From Acidimicrobiia bacterium (GTDB lineage: Bacteria > Actinomycetota > Acidimicrobiia > IMCC26256 > CAWATG01): DNA of 64,000 nt. The stretch is from the NCBI GenBank assembly GCA_046331155.1, contig JAXLRK010000001.1:346301-410300 (forward strand). The letters are read 5' to 3'. The position numbers were made by a program, and so were the translations under genes. How positions within the stretch are numbered: the first letter of the stretch is position 1; each line of letters starts with the position of its first letter. Under the pieces are notes generated by a model, which was given only the letters and a program-made list of their open reading frames with translations, was not told where the DNA came from and ran no database searches. Below, one piece after another: positions 46,036-54,123 of the stretch.

Positions 46036-48099
46036 TCAGGCAAGCGGCCGGGTGAGGTCGTACAGCGTCACACCGCCCACGGTCGTGGCCTGGTAGTGCT
46101 CCTGCACCCAGGCGCTGATGGCGCTCCCCGGCCCCGACGCACCCATGCCCCCGGCCGGGCCGCCGCCGCCCATGCCACCGGCGATGAAGTAGTGGATCCT
46201 CCCCTCGTCCACGAGGGCTCGGAACCCGGCGAGGGTCGGCGACGGGTCCGAGCCGTTGAACCCGCCGATCGCCATCACCGCCTCGTCGCTCCCGAGCTGA
46301 TAGCCGGCCGCGTTGTTCGCCCCGACCGTCGCCGCGACCCAGCGGAACTCGGACGCGTCGGTCCGCAGCAGCTCCACGACCGCCGAGCTCGGCGAGGTCG
46401 CGTCGAGCAACCCGCCGGGACCCCGACCGACACCACCGCCCCGGTTGGGCGCGGCACCCCCCGCGAAGTTGGGTGGTGCGCCCCCCGCGAAGTTCGGGGG
46501 CGTTCCCCCCGCGAAGTTCGGAGGCGCGCCGCCCGCGAACCCGCCGGTGCCCGGCGCGCCGCCCGGCCCGCCGAATGCGGTGAGCCCGGCCGGCCCCGCG
46601 AGTGGGATCGCGCCGCGATGGGGCGTCGACGCGGTCGTCAGCGCGTACGCACCGCTTCCCGCGAGCGCGACCGCCACCGCGACGGCACCGGCCGCGGTGA
46701 GCGTGCGCGAGGCCGGCAGCGTCAGCAACGCGACACAGAGAACGACACCGGCGACGACGAGCAGCGGACGCAGCCACGGATTCCAGGTCGGCGTCCGATC
46801 GAGCAGCCACCACGACCATCCGACGGCCACGGCGAAGGCGGTCACCAGGACCGCGCGCGACGCCAACTCCTCGCGCGTGGACCAGAACGTGGCGATCCCG
46901 ATGCCGACGACCGCGCCGAGGAGCGGCGCGAGTGCGACGCTGTAGTACTGGTGGATGATGCCCTGACCGAGACTGAACGCCAGCGCCGTCGTGACCAGGG
47001 AGCCTCCCCAGAGCAGCATCGCGGCACGGGTCCGGTCCGTGCGGGGACGCCGCGCGGTGACGGACAACACCGCCACCATCAGGACGAGCGCCGCGGGGAG
47101 CAACCACGATGCCTGTCCGCCCCAGTCGTTCTTGAAGAGCCGGCTCAGGCCGGTCGCGCCCCACATGCTTCCCTGGGCGCCGCGTCCACCCACGCTTCCG
47201 GTCTCGTTGCCGGTGAGCCGCCCGAAGCCGTTGTACCCGAAGATCAGGTCGAGGACGCTGTTCGTCCGGGAACCACCGATGTAGGGCCGGCTGCTCGCGG
47301 GCCAGAGCTCGACGATCGCGACCCACCAGCCCGCCGACACCAGCAACGCCACGCCGCCGAGCGCGAGCTGCCACAACCGGCGCAGGAACCGCGGTGGCGC
47401 CGCCAGGAGGTAGACGAGTGCGAAGACCGGGACCACGAGCAAGGCCTGGAGCATCTTGGCGAGGAACCCGAACCCGGCGAACGTGAAGGCGAGGACCAGC
47501 CAGGTGGTCCGCCCCTGTTCGATGGCCCGGGTCGTCGCGTACGCGGCGAGCGTCATCAGGAGCACCAGCAGCGCGTCCGGGTTGTTGAACCGGAACATCA
47601 GCACCGCCACCGGCGTGGTCGCCATGATCGCCCCGGCGATGAGGCCCGCCGCCGGGGTGAACCACCGGCGCACGGCGAGGTACAGCACTCCCACCGCCGC
47701 CACCCCTTCGAGGGCCTGGGGGACGAGGACGCTCCATGAGTTGAGGCCGAAGATCCGGGCCGAGAGCACCATGACCCAGAGCGAAGCAGGCGACTTGTCG
47801 ACCGTGATGGAGTTGGCCGAGTCGACCGAACCGAAGAAGGAGGCCTTCCAGCTCTTCGTGCCGGCCTGCACGGCCGCCGAGTAGTAGCTGTTCGCCCACC
47901 CGGAGGCGCCGAGACCCCAGAGGTACAGCAGTGCGGTCCCGGCCAGGAGCGCGAGCAGCGTCGGGCGCACCCAGGCCGGATCCTCGGGGCGACCGCGCAC
48001 GAAGCGACCCGCGCGTCCCCGAGGTCTCGGAGCCGGCGCGCCCGACTCGAGCTCGATCGCCTTGACTTCGATGCTGGGAGGAACGAGAACGTCGGTCAT
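46036..48099 (-). CDS. glycosyltransferase family 39 (PMT/ArnT-like GT-C) membrane protein with a low-complexity C-terminal region
   Basis: Start at MTDVLVPPS. Multi-TM N-terminal half typical of GT39/GT83. C-terminal 4x APPNFAGG repeats. Confidence 0.8.
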   Translation of the reverse strand: MTDVLVPPSIEVKAIELESGAPAPRPRGRAGRFVRGRPEDPAWVRPTLLALLAGTALLYLWGLGASGWANSYYSAAVQAGTKSWKASFFGSVDSANSITVDKSPASLWVMVLSARIFGLNSWSVLVPQALEGVAAVGVLYLAVRRWFTPAAGLIAGAIMATTPVAVLMFRFNNPDALLVLLMTLAAYATTRAIEQGRTTWLVLAFTFAGFGFLAKMLQALLVVPVFALVYLLAAPPRFLRRLWQLALGGVALLVSAGWWVAIVELWPASSRPYIGGSRTNSVLDLIFGYNGFGRLTGNETGSVGGRGAQGSMWGATGLSRLFKNDWGGQASWLLPAALVLMVAVLSVTARRPRTDRTRAAMLLWGGSLVTTALAFSLGQGIIHQYYSVALAPLLGAVVGIGIATFWSTREELASRAVLVTAFAVAVGWSWWLLDRTPTWNPWLRPLLVVAGVVLCVALLTLPASRTLTAAGAVAVAVALAGSGAYALTTASTPHRGAIPLAGPAGLTAFGGPGGAPGTGGFAGGAPPNFAGGTPPNFAGGAPPNFAGGAAPNRGGGVGRGPGGLLDATSPSSAVVELLRTDASEFRWVAATVGANNAAGYQLGSDEAVMAIGGFNGSDPSPTLAGFRALVDEGRIHYFIAGGMGGGGPAGGMGASGPGSAISAWVQEHYQATTVGGVTLYDLTRPLA
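46440..46560 (-). repeat. in-frame 24-bp tandem repeat (x4) inside the GT39 gene, encoding (A/T)PPNFAGG
   Basis: gcgaagtt recurs at 46463, 46487 and 46511 and gcgaac at 46535, with conserved flanks. Confidence 0.7.
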
Positions 48100-48190
48100 G
48101 ACGGCTCCGATGGCTACGCGACCCGGTCGAGGGAAGGGGAGAACCGGCAAGTCGTCCTGGGTCGGACGGGCGAGGGGAGCGAGCGGACGG

Positions 48191-49387
48191 TCACCGGACC
48201 CGGGCTCCGCCCGACCAGCTCCGGACGAGCGCGAGGCGACCGACACCGGCGAGGTTCCACGTGACCACCAGCGCGACGATCTCGGCACCCGGCCCTCCGC
48301 CGAATGCCGCGACGAGCGCGAGGGCGCCGCTCGTGAGGAGCAAGGAGACGGCGTAGAGCGCGAACGCCGCCGACCAGCCGGGCCGGGCACGATGGGCCGA
48401 GTAGCGCGCGTGGGCCCAGGTGTTCGCCACGAACGTCGTCGACACCGCGAGTGCGTTGGCTCCGATGGCTCCGAGCGCGCTCCTGGTCAGGAGGAACACG
48501 GCGAGGGAGATCACCGTGCTCACCAGGCCGACGATGCCGAAGGTCACCAGGCCGCGGCCGAAGTCGTCGTCGGGCGGCCGGCGAGCCATGTCGCCGAGCT
48601 CGACCCGGCCCCGACCGGAGAGGAAGGTTCGGGCCATGCGGGCCGCGCCCCGAAGGTCGTGCCACGCGGTCCCGGCGACGTGCACCCGGCTGTCGGGATC
48701 GTCGACCCAGTCGACGGGCACCTCGTGGATGCGCAGGTCGTTGTGCTCGGCGACGAGCAACAGCTCCGTGTCGAAGAACCAGCCATCGTCTTCGATGCCC
48801 GGCAACAGCCGGCGGGCGATGTCGGATCGGACGGCCTTGAAACCGCACTGCGCGTCGCGGAACCGGCTGGCGAAGCACACCCGGAGGATCGCGTTGTAGG
48901 TACGGGAGACGAGCTCGCGCTTGGGGAACCGCGCGACCGCCGATCCCGACGCGAGGCGCGAACCGATCGCGACGTCGGAGTGCCCGGACAGCAGCGGTGC
49001 GACGAGTGGCAGCAGCGCGTCGAGATCCGTGGAAAGATCCACATCCATGTACGCGACCACCGGGGCGTCGCTGTTCGCCCACACGGTGCGCAACGCGAGG
49101 CCACGGCCCTTCCGGTCGAGGTGCAGCGCCCGGACTCCGTCGAGCTCGGCCGCGAGGCGGCGCGCGATCGGCCAGGTGCCGTCGGTCGACGCGTTGTCAG
49201 CGATCGTGATCCGCCACGTGAACGGGAACCGCTCCGAGAGGTAGGCGTGCAGTATCCGGACGCTGCGGTCGAGGGTCTGCTCCTCGTCGTACACCGGCAG
49301 CACGACGTCGACGGCCGGACCCTGGACACCTGGCGTACCGGTCGCCCCGCTCCCGGCGAGGAGGTCTGCTGCTGCCATCTCGTGCAT
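48191..49387 (-). CDS. bifunctional GT2 polyprenol-phosphate glycosyltransferase (Ppm1/DPM-synthase-like) plus a GtrA-family C-terminal membrane domain
   Basis: VVLPVYDEEQTL...DVDLSTD (GT2 DxD). C-terminal 4-TM GtrA-like region; 398 aa. Confidence 0.85.
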   Translation of the reverse strand: MHEMAAADLLAGSGATGTPGVQGPAVDVVLPVYDEEQTLDRSVRILHAYLSERFPFTWRITIADNASTDGTWPIARRLAAELDGVRALHLDRKGRGLALRTVWANSDAPVVAYMDVDLSTDLDALLPLVAPLLSGHSDVAIGSRLASGSAVARFPKRELVSRTYNAILRVCFASRFRDAQCGFKAVRSDIARRLLPGIEDDGWFFDTELLLVAEHNDLRIHEVPVDWVDDPDSRVHVAGTAWHDLRGAARMARTFLSGRGRVELGDMARRPPDDDFGRGLVTFGIVGLVSTVISLAVFLLTRSALGAIGANALAVSTTFVANTWAHARYSAHRARPGWSAAFALYAVSLLLTSGALALVAAFGGGPGAEIVALVVTWNLAGVGRLALVRSWSGGARVR

Positions 49388-49490
49388 GAGGGCATGATCG
49401 GCGGACCGCGTAAGAGGCGACTCGGCGCCACGCGAGAAGTCGATAAGAACGGCTCTGGAGCGCCTGCGAGGGTATCGGTAGATTGCCCGT

Positions 49491-50891
49491 ATGCCTCGGG
49501 GTGCGGGCTCGGCGCTGATCGTCGCTCTTCTCGCGGTAGCCCTACCGGCCATGGACGCGTCGGCCGCACAGGCGGGCTCCGACGCGGCGCCGGTCGTCAC
49601 CGTCGTCCAGCAGAACCTCCTCCACGGCATCGCCTGCCCGACCGACAGCAATCGCTGCGACCTGCCCGGCCGGGTGCGGCTCTTCGCGCGCCAGCTCGCC
49701 GCCGCCCGTTGCCCTCCGGTGGTCGCGGTGCAGGAGGCGAACCGCACGACCGCCAAGGCGCTGGCTTCCGCGCTGCGCGGCGTCTGTCACGGCCGGTACC
49801 GGTTGGTGTGGGACAACGACGCAGCACAGGACCGGGAGCTCGTCGTGACCACCGACAAGGTTCTCGGCAGCGAACGCATCCGGCTGGCCGGGCCGTTGCG
49901 GACCGCGCTGTGGGTGCGGCTCTCGACCGCAGCCGGCGTGGTCGACCTCGTCACGACCCACCTCGCCAGCTCGAGCGACGACCGCCCCTGCGACCCTTCC
50001 ACCTGTCGGCCGCCGTGCCGGGCCTCCGATTCGCTGGGCACCTGCCAGGCGCGGCAGGCCGCCACCTTCCTCTTCCGCAAGCTCGGGTCGCGTTCGGTCG
50101 GGGTGCTCGCCGGCGACCTCAACGCGCACCCCGAGGAGCCGACCATCGCAGCCCTGCGCGACCAAGCACTCGTCGACACGCACGACGCGGCGAAGCTCCC
50201 GGAGTGCGACCCGTCCAGCGGGTCGCAGTGCACCTCGGGCCGGGTCGACGATGCGATGACCGACATGCGCGATGCGTCCAGCCGGCAGAACGAACGCATC
50301 GACTACGTGTTCACGACCGGGAAGAAGCGGAACTGTTCGGTTGTGGCGCCGACCGGGATCCTCCTGCCGCGCGGAGGGCCCGTCGCGGCCGACGGTCTCG
50401 TCTTCCCGGCCGATCACAGCGGCGTGGAGGCCACACTGCGATGCCCGACGACCAAGGCCGACCGCGACGCGGCCAAGACGGCGGCGCTCCACGCGCGGAC
50501 CACCACCACGGTCGGGTCACGACCGGTTCCGGCCCTGACCCGGCGACAGATCGCGGACGCGTTCACGCTGCTCTTCGGGGGGACCGAACCCGACCCGGAA
50601 CGGCGGCTCACCGCGCTCGAACAGGCCGCCGCGTTCCACGACTCGTTCGTGGCGAGAATGCGGTCCCTCGGTTCCGTCGCGGACCACACGTCGGTCCGCA
50701 TCGACGCCATGAGTGCAGCCGGCCGCGACGCCGTCGACGTGACGTTCAGCATCCTGCTCAACGGCGCGGTGGTGCTCGACGCGCTCCCGGGCCGAGCGGT
50801 CCATCGGAACGGCAGGTGGCTCGTGAGCGCCCGCACGTACTGCCAGATCGCGACGCTGGGCACGACGGAGATCCCGGTGCCGTGCCGCTGA
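49491..50891 (+). CDS. secreted endonuclease/exonuclease/phosphatase (EEP) family protein with an extra C-terminal domain
   Basis: Signal peptide; VVQQNLLHG, GDLNAHPEEP and DHSGVEA motifs of the EEP fold; 466 aa. Confidence 0.7.
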   Translation: MPRGAGSALIVALLAVALPAMDASAAQAGSDAAPVVTVVQQNLLHGIACPTDSNRCDLPGRVRLFARQLAAARCPPVVAVQEANRTTAKALASALRGVCHGRYRLVWDNDAAQDRELVVTTDKVLGSERIRLAGPLRTALWVRLSTAAGVVDLVTTHLASSSDDRPCDPSTCRPPCRASDSLGTCQARQAATFLFRKLGSRSVGVLAGDLNAHPEEPTIAALRDQALVDTHDAAKLPECDPSSGSQCTSGRVDDAMTDMRDASSRQNERIDYVFTTGKKRNCSVVAPTGILLPRGGPVAADGLVFPADHSGVEATLRCPTTKADRDAAKTAALHARTTTTVGSRPVPALTRRQIADAFTLLFGGTEPDPERRLTALEQAAAFHDSFVARMRSLGSVADHTSVRIDAMSAAGRDAVDVTFSILLNGAVVLDALPGRAVHRNGRWLVSARTYCQIATLGTTEIPVPCR

Positions 50892-50984
50892 CCGGAAGCC
50901 GTCCGCGGTCCCGGTATCGGTTCGCTACCGTCTGAAGGTCATGGGGCCGGTGCTGCTCGAACGCTGCGAGACGCGGGAGCCGTA

Positions 50985-51749
50985 GTGGGGCTGCTCGGCC
51001 GCCTCTTCGACCGCTCGTCGGGCAACGAGCCGTTCCCACCCGAATGGCTCGCGATCATCCGGGATTGTTTCGCGCCCTGGCCCACGTTGAGCGAGGCCGA
51101 GCAGCTCCGACTCCTCGACCTCACCGCCCTGCTCGTCGACGACAAGCGATGGGAGGCCGCGAACGGATTCTCCCTGACCGACGAGATCACGGTGACGATC
51201 GCGGTCCACGCCGCGATGCTCATTCTGGGCCTCGACTACGGCTGCTACCGCCGCGTCACGTCGATCATCGTGCACCCGACGACGATCGTCTCCACCGTGC
51301 CGCGGCCGGGCCCGGTTCCCTTCGTCGTCGACGGAGGGCCCCTGCCGATGCTCGGGGAGGCCGTCCTGCGGGGCCCCGTCACGATCGCCTGGGACAGCGC
51401 GCGCGCCGAGGCCCGACATCCCGAGCGCGGCCACAACGTCGTCTACCACGAGTTCGCGCACCAGCTCGACTTCCTCGACGGAGCGGACAACGGTGCACCC
51501 CCGTTCGAGTCCCGTGAGCAGGCCGCGCGCTGGGCCCGGGTCTGCACCGACGCGTTCGACCGGCTCCGGGACCGCACCGACCCACTGCTCGACGACTACG
51601 CGGCGACGAACCCGGCCGAGTTCTTCGCCGTCGTCACCGAGGTGTTCTTCAACCGCGGACGTGAGTTCGCCACCGTTCACGCCGACCTGTACGCGGTGCT
51701 GCGCGACTTCTACCGGCAGGATCCGGCGCGCCGGTCGGGCTCGACGTGA
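50985..51749 (+). CDS. zinc-dependent peptidase, M90 (MtfA-like) family
   Basis: VVYHEFAHQLD HExxH motif in an MtfA-like context; 254 aa. Confidence 0.65.
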   Translation: MGLLGRLFDRSSGNEPFPPEWLAIIRDCFAPWPTLSEAEQLRLLDLTALLVDDKRWEAANGFSLTDEITVTIAVHAAMLILGLDYGCYRRVTSIIVHPTTIVSTVPRPGPVPFVVDGGPLPMLGEAVLRGPVTIAWDSARAEARHPERGHNVVYHEFAHQLDFLDGADNGAPPFESREQAARWARVCTDAFDRLRDRTDPLLDDYAATNPAEFFAVVTEVFFNRGREFATVHADLYAVLRDFYRQDPARRSGST

Positions 51750-52810
51750 CGATGCTCGAAGAGATGCGGGTGCTCGACCTGTCGGTCTGGCGGCCGATGC
51801 CCCACGCGACGCAGATCCTGGCCGATCTCGGCGCCGAAGTCCTCAAGGTGGAGCCACCTGGCGGCGATCCGATGCGCGGGTACCCCGAGATCTTCGCGTC
51901 CGTCGCGCGGGGGAAGCGCAGCATCGTGCTCGACCTCAAGACGGATGCCGGCCGGGACCGCGCGCTCGCTCTGGCCGGGGCGGCCGACGTCGTGTGCGAG
52001 GGCTGGCGCCCCGGCGTCGCGGCCCGCCTCGGGCTCGACTTGAACGCGGTGACGGCCGTCAACCCCACCGTCATCTACTGCTCGGTGTCCGGCTACGGAC
52101 AAGACGGCCCGTGGCGGGACGTGCCCGGTCACGACGTGAACTTCCAGGCGCTGGCCGGCGCGCTCGCGACCGGCGGGGAGCGTTCCCCCGACGTGCCGAG
52201 CCTCCCCGTCGCCGACCTCGAGGCCGGTACGGTTGCGGCGCTGGTCATTTGCGCTGCGTGGGCCCGCCGGCTCTCGACCGGTCTAGGCGAGCGCATCGAC
52301 GTGGCGATGACGGACGTCGTCCACTGGTGGGTCGGAACGCGCAGCGGCACCGCGCATGCCGAGCAGGTCGACCGCCTGGGCGGTTCACCCGGGTACGGTA
52401 CGTTCCGAGCGCGCGACGGTCGGTGGCTCGCACTCGGTGTGCTCGGCGAGCAGCGACTGTGGGACGCCACGTGTGGCGCCCTGGCGCTGACCGATCTCGT
52501 CGGGCTGGCGTTCGTGGACCGCCTCACGCGCACCGAGGAGGTGAACGCGCGCATCGCCGAGGCGATCGGGCGCCTCGACGTGAACCAGGCGCTCGCGACC
52601 CTGCTCGAGCACGGTGCTCCGGTGTCGCCGGTCCTCTCCCCCGAAGAAGCATCGCACCATCAGCAGCTGGACGCGCGCGGCTTCCACGTCGAGACGGCCG
52701 CCGGACCGGTCGCCGCGTTCCCGGCGCGTCACGGCCCGGCCGGCGCGCGGCCCGACCGGATCCCCGCCGTCGGGGAGCACCAGGAGCAACCGTGGAGCAC
52801 CCGCGCCTGA
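51746..52810 (+). CDS. CoA transferase, family III (CaiB/BaiF)
   Basis: RVLDLS..W.GP...QILADLGAEV(I/L)KVE and the later catalytic Asp region; GTGA-coupled to the upstream gene. Confidence 0.85.
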   Translation: MTMLEEMRVLDLSVWRPMPHATQILADLGAEVLKVEPPGGDPMRGYPEIFASVARGKRSIVLDLKTDAGRDRALALAGAADVVCEGWRPGVAARLGLDLNAVTAVNPTVIYCSVSGYGQDGPWRDVPGHDVNFQALAGALATGGERSPDVPSLPVADLEAGTVAALVICAAWARRLSTGLGERIDVAMTDVVHWWVGTRSGTAHAEQVDRLGGSPGYGTFRARDGRWLALGVLGEQRLWDATCGALALTDLVGLAFVDRLTRTEEVNARIAEAIGRLDVNQALATLLEHGAPVSPVLSPEEASHHQQLDARGFHVETAAGPVAAFPARHGPAGARPDRIPAVGEHQEQPWSTRA

Positions 52811-52841
52811 TCGGACGCCCGACGAATGCGGATCAGTCCCG

Positions 52842-53318
52842 CTACGCGTCCCCGTCGGCCGCGGCGCGCAACGCGGCGAGGTCGAGCTTGCGCATCCCGA
52901 GCATGACCCGCATGGCGCGGCCCGCTCGTTCGGGATCGGGATCGCCGAGCACCTCGCCCATCGCGACCGGCACGACCTGCCACGAGAGGCCGTAGCGGTC
53001 CTTGCACCAGCCGCACCGGCTCTCCTCGCCGCCATCGGTGAGCTTCGCCCAGTAGTAGTCGACCTCGTCCTGGTCGGCGCAGCGGATCATCAGGGAGATC
53101 GCCTCGTCGAACGTGAACTCGGGGCCGCCGTTGATCGCGGCGTACGGCTGGCCGTCGAGCTCGAAGTCGACCGTCAGCACCGTGCCCGCTTCGCGCGGCC
53201 CCGCATCGCCGTAGTACGAGACGTTGGTGATCCTCGAGTTCGGGAAGATCGACACGTAGAACTCGGCCGCCTCGAGACCCTCCGTGTCGAACCAGAGGTT
53301 GGGCGTGATCACGGGCAT
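52842..53318 (-). CDS. VOC-family protein (PhnB / 3-demethylubiquinone-9 3-methyltransferase-like domain)
   Basis: MPVITPNLWFDTEGLEAAEFYVSIFPNS... 158 aa. Confidence 0.75.
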   Translation of the reverse strand: MPVITPNLWFDTEGLEAAEFYVSIFPNSRITNVSYYGDAGPREAGTVLTVDFELDGQPYAAINGGPEFTFDEAISLMIRCADQDEVDYYWAKLTDGGEESRCGWCKDRYGLSWQVVPVAMGEVLGDPDPERAGRAMRVMLGMRKLDLAALRAAADGDA

Positions 53319-53394
53319 GGGCTGATCCCTCCGCTGCGTGGCCGGTCGCGCTCGTCAGCCTACGTGCGGCTGGGTACCCCGCCGCTTCCGACGA

Positions 53395-53682
53395 TCAAAC
53401 GCCGGACGCGTCCCGGAGGATGAGCGTGCGTGGACGGCCGTCGAGTGCAGGTGCAGCCTGTTCGCTCGCCCACACCTGCGTCTCGAGGAACTCCAGGAAG
53501 GCGGCAGCTTCTCCTTCGTTCGCGAAATCGAGCGCGACCACGATGTAGCGCGCGTCGTCGACCGGCTGCGCGACTCGTTCGCCGACCACGCCGGCATTCC
53601 GACGGGCGTCGGCGAAGGCGTCGAACGCTCCCCGCCACACCGCGTAGTCGGTGATCGGGTGCTCGATGTGCAACGTCACCAT
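53395..53682 (-). CDS. hypothetical small protein (95 aa; dimeric alpha+beta-barrel-like pattern)
   Basis: Clean ORF following the VOC gene on the same strand; no firm family assignment. Confidence 0.45.
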   Translation of the reverse strand: MVTLHIEHPITDYAVWRGAFDAFADARRNAGVVGERVAQPVDDARYIVVALDFANEGEAAAFLEFLETQVWASEQAAPALDGRPRTLILRDASGV

Positions 53683-53854
53683 CTCGCGCCGACGATACCC
53701 CGTCCGTCGAGACGACTGCGGCGGGATTCCCTACGCGTCCACCGCGCGGCCTGCGACGGAACCTCCGGAAACTGGGCATGTGCCCGATGCGGATCGGCTG
53801 GCTCGGGGAGAAGCTGGGTGGAGTCGAATCGGCTCCGCGTACAGGAGGCCCGCC

Positions 53855-54070
53855 ATGAGCCAAACCCTCGCCATTCCCCGTCGCCGCATCGTCTCGCCCG
53901 TCATCGCCGCGTTCGCCGTCCTGGTGCTCGTCGCCACCCTCGCGCTCGGGTTCGGCATCCGGGTCTGGACCGAGTCGTCGCCCTCGAAGCCGGCGCACGC
54001 CGCGACGCCGACCGCACCGGCGCCCTCCGGGTCCCCGCTGCCGACGCTCCGGATGGGCGGACCGCAGTGA
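53855..54070 (+). CDS. small membrane protein (71 aa) immediately upstream of the LuxR-family regulator
   Basis: Strong SD (acaggagg) 7 nt before the ATG. One TM helix (VIAAFAVLVLVATLALGFGI). Confidence 0.4.
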   Translation: MSQTLAIPRRRIVSPVIAAFAVLVLVATLALGFGIRVWTESSPSKPAHAATPTAPAPSGSPLPTLRMGGPQ

Positions 54071-54123
54071 TGCAACCGGCGCGGCCCGTGTTCCCCGGGA
54101 CTTCCACGGAGAACTGAGCGACA

